64,000 nt of DNA from a virus (IMGVR_UViG_3300033233_000004:96001-160000); one strand, 5' to 3'. Positions 47,370 through 56,687 are shown, counted from the stretch's first letter. Translations and numbers: made by a program. Notes: a model not told the origin generated them from the sequence alone.

Positions 47370-48650
47370 CTATACAATCTGTATAGCTTCCGCTAACCCA
47401 AACTTTTGAGACCCTTCTGACTCGATACACCCGTCAGTCGGTGAGACGAACGTCTCTTTACAGGCTTGCGCCTGTTGGCTCTGACCGAGCCTTAAGATGT
47501 TAATAGCAGCATTCAAATCTCGATTTATTTCAAGCCCACATTCGCATGTATATATTCGTTCCGCTAACGTCTTCTTTTGCACACGACCACACTGTGAACA
47601 TGTACTTGTTGTTCCTGCTGCTTTTACTTTCACAAAGACCCTACCAGCTTCTTCCGCTTTGTAGGCAATCTGATTCAAAAACTGTGACCAACCAGCATCA
47701 GCAATAGACTTATTCAATCCGTTCGGTAAACTTGATTTTGGCTTACATCGCTTAGACATTGTTTTTACGTTCAAATCTTCAACAGCAATCAACCCATACT
47801 GATTTACAAGCGTTCGAGACAATTTATGGTGAAAATCTGCTCGTTGTCTACGAATCTTGGTATGTAAAGCAACAACTCGTTTTTTAGCGTTTTGACGACG
47901 ATTAGAGCCTTTGGCCTTGCGACTCAAACTTTGTTGTGCTTCGGTTAGCGCAACCGCCGCCTTACGATACCAACGAGGGTTTTCTATTGCCTGTCCAGTA
48001 GATAACATAGCAAAGGTGTTCAAACCAACATCAATACCGACTTGTTTGTCGGTATTAGGTAATCTTTGACAAGGTACATTATTACAAGAAAATACAACAT
48101 ACCACTCATTTGCTTCTCGTTTGATTATTGTAGTCTTGATTGTCCCAAGAATACTGCGGTCTATCTTGACACGAACAAGACCAATGTTCAAGAATCTTAC
48201 AACGAATCTACCACTTGGGAGCTTCACAAGTTTACAACCAGAACCGTATGTTGGATACACAAGACTATCCCATCTATCTCGTCCTTTGAATCGAGGAAAA
48301 CCTGCGGCTTTACCTGCACCTACTTGTACACGTTTCTCGAATGCCTTGTAAGCCTTATGTAGACGGTCTAATACCGCATTACAAGTTTGTGCTGGTACTT
48401 GACCAAGACCAGCAGGGTCAGAAATACGGGCTTCTGGATAAAATCTCATCTGGTCATACGCAGTAAGCGATGATACAGAAGACGTATATTTCTTTTTGTT
48501 CTCATTCCAAAACTTGGGTGTAGACTTGTACTGATGTATACGCTGTTCCAACGCAGCATTATACAGAGACCGAGTTGCATTCAATTGTAACTCAAGTTTC
48601 TGAATTTGAACCTTGTTAGGATACAAACGATATTTAAATGATTTACGCAT
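47370..48650 (-). CDS. TnpB-derived miniature type V effector (Cas12f/TnpB-like), 426 aa
   Basis: FKYRLYP N-terminus, GFPRFK, RuvC-I GIDVG, RuvC-II AVEDL, CSQCG...CECG Zn finger, RuvC-III NRDLNAAINI; array starts 26 nt after the stop; no tnpA adjacent. Confidence 0.88.
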   Translation of the reverse strand: MRKSFKYRLYPNKVQIQKLELQLNATRSLYNAALEQRIHQYKSTPKFWNENKKKYTSSVSSLTAYDQMRFYPEARISDPAGLGQVPAQTCNAVLDRLHKAYKAFEKRVQVGAGKAAGFPRFKGRDRWDSLVYPTYGSGCKLVKLPSGRFVVRFLNIGLVRVKIDRSILGTIKTTIIKREANEWYVVFSCNNVPCQRLPNTDKQVGIDVGLNTFAMLSTGQAIENPRWYRKAAVALTEAQQSLSRKAKGSNRRQNAKKRVVALHTKIRRQRADFHHKLSRTLVNQYGLIAVEDLNVKTMSKRCKPKSSLPNGLNKSIADAGWSQFLNQIAYKAEEAGRVFVKVKAAGTTSTCSQCGRVQKKTLAERIYTCECGLEINRDLNAAINILRLGQSQQAQACKETFVSPTDGCIESEGSQKFGLAEAIQIV

Positions 48651-48660
48651 AGTACAAGTC

Positions 48661-49086
48661 CTAAATCATAAGTACGTCTATACTGACTTGATACGCCAGT
48701 ACTGTATGTTGATTGTAATATTGTTTCGTGAATTTGGCAATCTTAATAATATCTTCTCTGGAACAACTAATACGCACTGGTATCATTGGCTCAACAATAA
48801 GAGTTTTTGTTTGTGGATGTATCCAAGTACCTTTGGCTGTTTTGAGTAATGTCATTCCTTCTGAAAGTGAATAAACGAAATCATCCCATTGTTGATGGTA
48901 AGAAACTGAAATTTCATTACCATCCTTATCATTTGCTGGTACCAAAATCTCCCACATCATTACAGGAATAGATGGCAATTCAAAAAAAGCACGCGCATGA
49001 CGAATACGATCTTGTTCTGCAAAAAGAGTATGCACTAACAAACTGCCATTACTAAGCCGTTGTTTTAAACATTTAAAACTACTCAT
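48661..49086 (-). CDS. Conserved hypothetical phage protein
   Basis: MWEILVP...HQQWD...KGTW...EPMIPVRI. Confidence 0.6.
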   Translation of the reverse strand: MSSFKCLKQRLSNGSLLVHTLFAEQDRIRHARAFFELPSIPVMMWEILVPANDKDGNEISVSYHQQWDDFVYSLSEGMTLLKTAKGTWIHPQTKTLIVEPMIPVRISCSREDIIKIAKFTKQYYNQHTVLAYQVSIDVLMI

Positions 49087-49151
49087 TCTTCCTCGCCTTC
49101 AGTATTAAATTCATTCACAACTGACCAACACCCGATACCACATTTTGATAT

Positions 49152-49382
49152 CTATTGGTTTATCCAATCATGAATAGCAATACCGACCAATGTCACCGGC
49201 CCACCAATTACCGAAACCGCCACACTATAGACCACATTTATTTTATGCTCCCTATCTTGAATTTCGGGATGGTATGTGCGGTTTATTTCAGCATCATAAT
49301 AACGAACCATCGGACGAAGTGCCAATAAGACACAAACAATCCACAAACAAGCTATGGGATGCTTTAAAAGGAATCGTGTCAT
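49152..49382 (-). CDS. Small membrane protein
   Basis: Two TM segments. Confidence 0.55.
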   Translation of the reverse strand: MTRFLLKHPIACLWIVCVLLALRPMVRYYDAEINRTYHPEIQDREHKINVVYSVAVSVIGGPVTLVGIAIHDWINQ

Positions 49383-49429
49383 TTGTTTACTGCCACCTTT
49401 CTTTGTTTATTTTTGATATAAGTAATTTT

Positions 49430-49458
49430 AATATACACAAATAAAAAATCAAAGTCAA
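49430..49458 (-). promoter_or_regulatory. Sigma70-type early promoter (could read through to the effector gene)
   Basis: TTGACT-17-TATATT. Confidence 0.7.
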
Positions 49459-49730
49459 GTTCTTGGTACTTTTTCTTTATCGAGAAACGAAATCCTCATA
49501 GAAGGATAAGAATGACCATCTACAACCTTTAAGTTTTGCTCAATAATGTAGTTTCGATAACCCGTATTAAATAACAGATTATGTAATCGTTGTAATTCTC
49601 CATCAGGAATCAATTGACATTGAACATACATCTCATGATGACAAGAACATTCAGTATTGAAGCCATTATCCCGTAGAAGCTTTACTTCTGGACGAATGTA
49701 TTCCTCTATAACTTCTTCCAACCATGTCAT
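49455..49730 (-). CDS. Hypothetical protein
   Basis: VKLLRDNGFNTECSCHH. Confidence 0.6.
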   Translation of the reverse strand: MTWLEEVIEEYIRPEVKLLRDNGFNTECSCHHEMYVQCQLIPDGELQRLHNLLFNTGYRNYIIEQNLKVVDGHSYPSMRISFLDKEKVPRT

Positions 49731-49993
49731 AGTTTCACTGCCATGTAAATAAACAGAATGAGATAAACAATCTGGACGACATAGCTCTGAACAGTACTAT
49801 ATTTCTTATAATACTCTGGTTGCATCATTTTTTTCAACTGTTTGGAAAGAACTGAATTAATGATATATAATACAACCACGCTTACAGCAGCGTAACGCAG
49901 ATTAGGAACATACAACAGAATATAACCAAGCGTTAAAATAGTCAAAGCAAATATTGGCAGAACGATACAAATAGCAAACAAAGTTCCTTTCAA
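49727..49993 (-). CDS. Small membrane protein
   Basis: Three hydrophobic segments. Confidence 0.55.
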   Translation of the reverse strand: MKGTLFAICIVLPIFALTILTLGYILLYVPNLRYAAVSVVVLYIINSVLSKQLKKMMQPEYYKKYSTVQSYVVQIVYLILFIYMAVKL

Positions 49994-50778
49994 ATTCTGG
50001 TTTTAAGACAATTTGGACAAGTATCAAAACCATTCTCAACATCTACAGGTACTTCGTGACAAATAGTACAAAGATGTGATATATCTTTTCCTTTATCAAT
50101 AAGATTTACAGGAACTGCACCTTGAGCAATAGCTGTCAAACCATTTTCCCGAATCTTACGAGCAATAAAAGCGTCAATCTCGCCTTTAGCTTCTGTAACA
50201 GCATTAGTCATTTGCTCGTGAAACTGACCGAGCACAAATGGCATATTGTTAGCAATACCCATGGATGCGCCTTCCAACTTTGAAAGTACTTCCTTAAGCT
50301 TCGTCTTGGGAATCGTCGGTTTCAACATCAATTCTTTGAGATCATGCACTGCTGTAGCAAGGTCGGTGGATATTTCCTGCGCTTTCTGAGCGAATTCACT
50401 ACGGAATTCTCGTTTGACATCACTATACTCAGGCAGTGGAAATCTCTTTTTATTGATGTGACGAATGGTTACAGGCGTACCTGAGCCTTGACCGAAACTG
50501 GTAATGACATCAGCAAATTGTGTGGGCGACATCCAAACTTCGATGATTTCATCTCTATCGTGGAAGTAGTCGCTGTTGAATTTACGATGTTTTTCGGCAT
50601 GACTGATGGTTAAACAGATAGTTTCGTGATGTTCAATAGATGACCCAAAAAGAGCCGTAACACGACCTTGCATGCGATTGATATTCAACACACCATAAGA
50701 TGGATGAGTCTCGACATAATCTGTCATGACATCACCAGTCTTAGTGCGAATAGGTGATGTTACTTGCTGTTCACTCAT
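49990..50778 (-). CDS. Conserved hypothetical phage protein
   Basis: ETHPSYG...LFGSSI...IIEVWMSPTQFA...GTPVTI. Confidence 0.65.
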   Translation of the reverse strand: MSEQQVTSPIRTKTGDVMTDYVETHPSYGVLNINRMQGRVTALFGSSIEHHETICLTISHAEKHRKFNSDYFHDRDEIIEVWMSPTQFADVITSFGQGSGTPVTIRHINKKRFPLPEYSDVKREFRSEFAQKAQEISTDLATAVHDLKELMLKPTIPKTKLKEVLSKLEGASMGIANNMPFVLGQFHEQMTNAVTEAKGEIDAFIARKIRENGLTAIAQGAVPVNLIDKGKDISHLCTICHEVPVDVENGFDTCPNCLKTRI

Positions 50779-51023
50779 TACTCATTCCTTTCTGGCGTAC
50801 CACCCTTGGTTTTCAGCAATGGACTACCTGTGTAACAAATTACGATTCTACCAAACCGAAAAAATCTCCTGTGATATCCGATAAATTCATACTCATCTGT
50901 CCTGCCAAACTCAAAAGCCCACCACGAAACATTTAGCCAAACTTGTATTTTATGATTAGCTGAACTCCACAGAGTAGTTCCGATACTCCACAACGGTCGT
51001 TTACCAATATCTTGTTTGTACAT
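50778..51023 (-). CDS. Hypothetical protein
   Basis: First gene after promoter 51047-51075. Confidence 0.5.
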   Translation of the reverse strand: MYKQDIGKRPLWSIGTTLWSSANHKIQVWLNVSWWAFEFGRTDEYEFIGYHRRFFRFGRIVICYTGSPLLKTKGGTPERNE

Positions 51024-51046
51024 GATTATCTCTTTTTCTTGGTACT

Positions 51047-51075
51047 AATATGCTACAAAAAAATGTAAATGTCAA
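51047..51075 (-). promoter_or_regulatory. Sigma70-type early promoter
   Basis: TTGACA-17-CATATT. Confidence 0.6.
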
Positions 51076-51137
51076 GAGAAATTTCCACAATCTTCCACAC
51101 TATTACTTTTTTGCCAAAAATAGACTTATTTAAGTAG

Positions 51138-51692
51138 TTACCAGTCTCTTAACTTGTCCAAAGTTTCCAGAAACTTCTCTAAACGGTCAAGGTCATTCCG
51201 TCCTTGTCCTTTAACCATATGGATGAGAATAGGGCCTTGGTCATGAGCATAGTGGAATATAGCATCTATACCTACAAGGATATCAATATCGGTTTGAGCT
51301 TTTTCTAATTTCTCAATACGTTCCCTAAGATATCTCATCCAGTGTCCGTTCTGTCCACTTAATAAACCGTCAGATTTGTCACAAAATTTATCAAAAAAGT
51401 CTTCAATTAGATATTGGTTATCCTTATCTTTGCAACTTTCTTGCCAAAGCAGGTTCAATTTCTTTGTATTGTTTAAGAACGCTCTCGCTATAGGAAGAAC
51501 AATAGACCGAAGCTCAATAACATCATCCAAATAGTAATAACCCTTACGATACTTATTATAGCATGTAAGTATCTGAGTCCTACTTGGAAGTGGCGGAATA
51601 GGGTCTGGCTTTATTTTTTCCAAATCTTTAGGAGTCATTGGCCTTGTACTAACAGTGGATTCACTAATATTATAGAGTTTTGGTTTCTTCAT
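51138..51692 (-). CDS. Hypothetical protein
   Basis: 184-aa ORF, ATGA-coupled. Confidence 0.6.
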   Translation of the reverse strand: MKKPKLYNISESTVSTRPMTPKDLEKIKPDPIPPLPSRTQILTCYNKYRKGYYYLDDVIELRSIVLPIARAFLNNTKKLNLLWQESCKDKDNQYLIEDFFDKFCDKSDGLLSGQNGHWMRYLRERIEKLEKAQTDIDILVGIDAIFHYAHDQGPILIHMVKGQGRNDLDRLEKFLETLDKLRDW

Positions 51693-52201
51693 ACATCAAT
51701 TTCCTTATATGGGTCTTCCAACAAACCGGCATCTAATTCTGCTTGGAGAGCTATCTGATGCGCTTCCCAATACTCTTTTCCATCCCTCATAGCTTTGAAT
51801 TCTACTATCTCATGTAGAATAGTGCTTTCGAGAAATAAGTTTGACACTGGCTGAAAGGGTTTGACATTTATACACAAACATTCATTGTGAGCAGCAGATA
51901 CCCATATTTCATTTAAAGGGATGAATTCGTATACATAGCCATGTCCACCATGACCAAATGTGGCATTCAGATTATTTTTCACCCACTCCGAATTGACAAC
52001 AAACACATCAAAACCATCTTGAACAACATATTTGCTTTTCCAAGTTCCTTCTAACTTAAATGTACTGGACTTATTCAATGCTCTTGCTTGAACTTTGCAT
52101 TCAAGTTCTCGCCATGCAGGGTCTGAGATATCATTAGCCAATGTTAAAGACGACTTCAGAATATCTGTTTTGTTCATAAAGTTCCTTTCATCTGGCTGCA
52201 T
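51689..52201 (-). CDS. Zincin-like HExxE protein
   Basis: EFIPLNEIWV...TILHEIVE...YWEAHQIAL. Confidence 0.5.
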   Translation of the reverse strand: MQPDERNFMNKTDILKSSLTLANDISDPAWRELECKVQARALNKSSTFKLEGTWKSKYVVQDGFDVFVVNSEWVKNNLNATFGHGGHGYVYEFIPLNEIWVSAAHNECLCINVKPFQPVSNLFLESTILHEIVEFKAMRDGKEYWEAHQIALQAELDAGLLEDPYKEIDV

Positions 52202-52391
52202 CGAGCATATGATGATGATTCATATATGCCCGAATATGGATACCTTTACTCCGAGCAATCTTGGCAACTCTATTGAGATACTTGGTGAGTCGTGCCGTTG
52301 TTATTCCATTCCAAAAGTCAATATCGAGTGAGAGATAGAACGGCTCATTCATGTGGCTTAATTTTTCCATTGTTAATAGCAGTGACCGTTT

Positions 52392-52631
52392 TTATGGATT
52401 AACCTTTACAAGATCATGACCAACTTTTACAGAAGAACCTATAAGTTCTGTAAGCATAGCACAACTACCATCCTTAAATACTACAATAGCGTCTGTTCCT
52501 AATCCTTCAAGAGAACGTTTAACTCCATATGAAAAAATATCTTTCAGGTTTTCATCTCCTGATACTTCTTCACAAAAGCATAAAGAGTATTCATTTGTTC
52601 CACGGAATAGAATTTTTTTAACGGTACTCAT
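52392..52631 (-). CDS. Hypothetical early protein
   Basis: Start MSTVKK behind the duplicated promoter/SD block. Confidence 0.6.
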   Translation of the reverse strand: MSTVKKILFRGTNEYSLCFCEEVSGDENLKDIFSYGVKRSLEGLGTDAIVVFKDGSCAMLTELIGSSVKVGHDLVKVNP

Positions 52632-52636
52632 CGTTG

Positions 52637-52708
52637 ATCTCCTTTTTGAGTGATTGGATGACAACTTTTGACACATTCAATATACTACATAGAAATTTAA
52701 AAGTCAAG
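52637..52708 (-). repeat. 72-bp exact repeat, copy 2 (promoter + 5'UTR + SD)
   Basis: Identical to 20598-20669. Confidence 0.9.
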
Positions 52709-53025
52709 AGAAAAATGATGGGAGGTAAAGATTACCCGTTCGGACGGAAATATGGGCAAATATTGTCTAAATTATAAATCAAAAGACGCACTTCTATAAA
52801 TTGCCCCCCTCCCGTGTAGCATCGCCGGTGCTCGTTCCTGCATCATTTGCAGGTATTGTACAAGATGCAGGGTATGATTTATTGGATCACTACGTTAACT
52901 CCAACTTAGATCAACTTGTGACCTTGCGTGGTGTTACTCAATGTCTTGCAATTAACTTTAACGGAGCGGCTTTGGTCGCTGGTCAAATTCATGCCTACGA
53001 GATAGTCTGGATAGAGGAGTAAAAA

Positions 53026-53388
53026 TTATAGGTTAAAAATATCTGCTTCATCGAGAGTAGGAACATTATCGGTAGGAAGCCAAACTACATGCACGAGGTC
53101 GTGAGGAAGGAAGATTTCAGAAATGCCTTTGCCAAATGCTACTTTGAGAATAATGTCTGTAGGTTTCGGAACAACGTAGTCCGGTACATGACAAATACTC
53201 CACCATTCATGTTCATGCGAATGCGGGTAAAAAATATGAGTTACTTCGCCAATGCACTTAAGATAGCGCATCCCGTAGCGTACCATACCCACAGTTTTGA
53301 AGACAATCAAGACAGAAGCCCCTATTTTTATTGGAAGAGTTGGAACTGAACCATAATACCTTCCTTTATATTGAAATATTTGACTCAT
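53026..53388 (-). CDS. Hypothetical protein
   Basis: Coupled to thyX. Confidence 0.55.
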   Translation of the reverse strand: MSQIFQYKGRYYGSVPTLPIKIGASVLIVFKTVGMVRYGMRYLKCIGEVTHIFYPHSHEHEWWSICHVPDYVVPKPTDIILKVAFGKGISEIFLPHDLVHVVWLPTDNVPTLDEADIFNL

Positions 53389-54032
53389 AACTGTGCTGCT
53401 GCTGCAATGGTCGGAAAATTCTGTTTGAATATATGTAGTATAGATTCTGCTACTTGACGATGTTCTAATTGAGCGTGTTCATCACAACGAACCTGCAAAT
53501 AATGTATCCAACTTCTCACGGAACCTTTCATATAAAGAGTAGTTTGTGTAGTAAGAGGTAATATCATTCGAGCACACTCTTTGGCAATACCTATGGATAA
53601 TAAATCCTCGTATGATTCTTCGGCTATTTGAACCGCATTTCGAACAACATCATCCGCATAAACCTTGTCATCACCTATGGGTACTATTGTCGATGACTGC
53701 CGATTCTTAGTAGCCTGATAACGCAACTGTACTGGTTCCATTGCCGATACTATAGCATAACGTTGCGAAAACTCCTGAAAAGAAAAAGAGCGATGTCGAA
53801 GTATTTGTTGTGCAATAGCTCGACTTGTTACGATCTCTACACACATATCTACTTGTTCGAAAGGCGACCAGTGTTTATTAGATATGAGATACTGAATCAA
53901 TTTGGATGCAGTCTCAGTATTCAACTGATTGCTTGGGTTACTAACTCTCGCAATGTATACTATCAACTCTTCTGGTGATAGTTCTTGTTCTGTAATATAG
54001 GATTTAGTGAGAGATATAAGACGTACTTTCAT
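53385..54032 (-). CDS. thyX: Flavin-dependent thymidylate synthase
   Basis: HWSPFE, RAIAQQILRHRSFSFQEFSQRY, KECARMILP, HAQLEH. Confidence 0.95.
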   Translation of the reverse strand: MKVRLISLTKSYITEQELSPEELIVYIARVSNPSNQLNTETASKLIQYLISNKHWSPFEQVDMCVEIVTSRAIAQQILRHRSFSFQEFSQRYAIVSAMEPVQLRYQATKNRQSSTIVPIGDDKVYADDVVRNAVQIAEESYEDLLSIGIAKECARMILPLTTQTTLYMKGSVRSWIHYLQVRCDEHAQLEHRQVAESILHIFKQNFPTIAAAAQL

Positions 54033-56044
54033 AACGTGCCTTTCGAAGTAATTTCACAGACATCGTTTGAACAATACTTCTCAATAGCAACTTCTTCCCC
54101 ACGTATACGTCCTAATCTAAGCTTACCCAACTTCTTCATCTTTGCTTTGCATGTTTTCTCATCAATAGCTTCATATGGCATTTGACGATACACATGAGTC
54201 TTATGTCGTGGTAAGAAGCTCACACCTTTAAGTTGGTATTGGAAGTAATCCAATGCATGAACTAATTCTTCGCCTTCGGTCATTGGATTGAAAGATACTG
54301 TAGCGGATACTTGATTATCACTCCAATACTTCTGCATAAATGCTGCTAAGGATAACTGTTCCCACATGGACACTTCATCCACAGAACGCATACCAACACC
54401 AATGTCCACAGGCACCTCCACAACTACCGTGGTGTGCTCCAATCCGTAACATGGTTCTACATGATAGCCAGCTTTCTTCAATGGTGCAATTAATTCAGAT
54501 GTGTTATTCAGTCGGATTCGACGAATGTAGAATCTGGATTCAGGATAATGAATTCCGGGAGTTGCACCTGCTAACAGCGAAACAGTTCCAGATGGTTTCA
54601 CGGAAGTAGTTTTAATGCTAAGTGGAATTGCAAACCATTCGGAATAAACAGTATCCCATTTTTGTACAGTGTCGTAACCAGCTATAAGCCATTGGCGTAG
54701 TGTCTCAATTCCACGATAAGTCACAAACTGAGCAATACCACTAACCGAACAACCTATTCTTCGATTACGCAGCATGATACGATTGGTCTCTGCCCAATGT
54801 GTCTTACCTAATGTTACTGTCTTGGCATAGAGATAGGCATACTTAAGTGTGATAAGATAATCTTCCAACGTATCGTGTTTGAAAGGAAATGTCTCAACTA
54901 AACAGCAAAGCTCCATTGATTCAAGCGTTTGTTCACCACAGGGATTAGTTCCATCAGCACGACGATCTTTATTATCTATGTCCTTATTCATACGAGAATA
55001 ACCACGCATATTATCAAGCCATGCTATTCCCGGCTCTCCATTATCTATAATACGTTCCGCTATTGAAGCATATTGATCTCCCATTTTTGCAAATACGGAA
55101 TTATTGGATGCCCAACCATACTCTTCTCGGTGTGGATTTTTTTTGTAGTTCTTAAGGTCTAAATATTCTATATTGTCTATGCCACCAAGAACTAATTCTG
55201 CACTTCGACGAATATTTCCTGATACCACACACTTACCAATAAGATTCATAATATCTACAATAGTGGTAACACTGATAGGCGACCCCACTTCTTTGTCCAA
55301 TATCTTTCGCACAGCTTCGTGCATTTCTGTAAGCGGTTTATATCCTGAACTCGTACCACCAAAACCTTTGATTGGTTCTCCTTCCTTTCGAATAAGAGTA
55401 TAATCAAATACAATCGGTGCTGTAGATAAAAAATAGGATTCAAGAAGAAGACGCAGACTTTCTACCCACCCCTCTCGTGTATCAGGGATTTGGAATTTCT
55501 CCACACTACGTTTGGTGTTAGGCTCCTTGATAATAATCTGACCAGCCCCCAAAGTATCAAACGCTATACCACACCCTAACATGGACATATCCATAAGGAA
55601 CATAAAAGGCTTGGCTAAATCCTCTTTCAGATTTTTAGTAGACACATACCCACAATTATTTAATGCAGCATACAAGCCCTTCTCTTCCGTAATAGAACTA
55701 CCCATTGCCCATAGTCCACGACCCGGTGGAAGGAATTTCATCTTGAACATTCGAGTATACATCTCTTGGGCTGACTTCTGAGCTTGCCATGCATTCCATC
55801 CACACCCATGTTTCTCGATGTGTTGCTTCTGCATCCGATACGTACCTTCTACAACTCTCCTACAGGTTTCAAACCATTGCTCATTGGGACACTCACACTT
55901 TTGTGTCTGTGCACAGGTTGGACTATGTTGAATACGTGAGTATGCTTGCATGTATGCCAACTCTCCCAAGCCGTTGAAACCGAATGGTGGTAACTTAGTT
56001 TTGAATGTATCAATGAAACTGTCAGACAACTGAAACTTGTCCAT
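54029..56044 (-). CDS. nrdJ: Class II (B12-dependent) monomeric ribonucleoside-triphosphate reductase
   Basis: PPGRGLW, ALNNC, GNIRRSA, TNPCGEQ, CCLVE, TSVKPSGTVS, C-terminal CSNDVC. Confidence 0.93.
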   Translation of the reverse strand: MDKFQLSDSFIDTFKTKLPPFGFNGLGELAYMQAYSRIQHSPTCAQTQKCECPNEQWFETCRRVVEGTYRMQKQHIEKHGCGWNAWQAQKSAQEMYTRMFKMKFLPPGRGLWAMGSSITEEKGLYAALNNCGYVSTKNLKEDLAKPFMFLMDMSMLGCGIAFDTLGAGQIIIKEPNTKRSVEKFQIPDTREGWVESLRLLLESYFLSTAPIVFDYTLIRKEGEPIKGFGGTSSGYKPLTEMHEAVRKILDKEVGSPISVTTIVDIMNLIGKCVVSGNIRRSAELVLGGIDNIEYLDLKNYKKNPHREEYGWASNNSVFAKMGDQYASIAERIIDNGEPGIAWLDNMRGYSRMNKDIDNKDRRADGTNPCGEQTLESMELCCLVETFPFKHDTLEDYLITLKYAYLYAKTVTLGKTHWAETNRIMLRNRRIGCSVSGIAQFVTYRGIETLRQWLIAGYDTVQKWDTVYSEWFAIPLSIKTTSVKPSGTVSLLAGATPGIHYPESRFYIRRIRLNNTSELIAPLKKAGYHVEPCYGLEHTTVVVEVPVDIGVGMRSVDEVSMWEQLSLAAFMQKYWSDNQVSATVSFNPMTEGEELVHALDYFQYQLKGVSFLPRHKTHVYRQMPYEAIDEKTCKAKMKKLGKLRLGRIRGEEVAIEKYCSNDVCEITSKGTL

Positions 56045-56240
56045 ATAAGAGACTTCCTTTTCAGTGTAAAATGGATATCAACAATGAATTATAATATGAG
56101 TACTATTGAGCAAATGTGCCAAGAATGAAACATATTTTGGCATACCACACCCAAATGCGAGGAAGAAGACGTTGCAGATATGTAACAAGAGAATAGGAAT
56201 GCGTAATCATAGTAATTACCTTGGTATTAGAACTATTATA

Positions 56241-56633
56241 TTAAAACTCGTTATCGAGAACGAGATAGTCGATAACGAATTCATAATTGAGTACAATTGA
56301 AAACAACGTAAGAAAACTACATCCATAAGGATAATGAGACAACGCTATTCTGTTTATATCACGATGCAATACCATGGATGCCAGTTGCAATCGAGTCGGT
56401 TCAGTATAGAAAGGAGCATACTTTCCAATGATACTATAGTTCCTCTTGTAATCATCGAACAGTATCATCAAAATAATACGAGCCAATTCCCACCTACTGG
56501 CAGTCTTAAGATAATTCTCTGTTAATTTGAATCGTTCACATTTACATAACCAGCATTTATTTCCATCAAATGGAGAGTGTTGGTATAGTCGATGGTTACA
56601 TTCGCAGAACAAATCGTGGTTTGGTTTTGACAT
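56241..56633 (-). CDS. Hypothetical protein with N-terminal Zn motif
   Basis: CECNH...H...CWLCKC; GAGG SD. Confidence 0.55.
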   Translation of the reverse strand: MSKPNHDLFCECNHRLYQHSPFDGNKCWLCKCERFKLTENYLKTASRWELARIILMILFDDYKRNYSIIGKYAPFYTEPTRLQLASMVLHRDINRIALSHYPYGCSFLTLFSIVLNYEFVIDYLVLDNEF

Positions 56634-56644
56634 GGATTACCTCT

Positions 56645-56673
56645 AATATATACATTTGTTTCGAGAAAGTCAA
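56645..56673 (-). promoter_or_regulatory. Sigma70-type early promoter
   Basis: TTGACT-17-TATATT. Confidence 0.65.
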
Positions 56674-56687
56674 ATGTTCATAAAAAT

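Noticed and set aside
47370-48650. Complete IS200/IS605 or IS607 transposon
   Set aside because: No tnpA, and only 10 nt separate the gene from the upstream stop, leaving no room for a left end.
54029-56044. Intein or intron in nrdJ or thyX
   Set aside because: Both are normal length with contiguous motifs and no splicing signatures.
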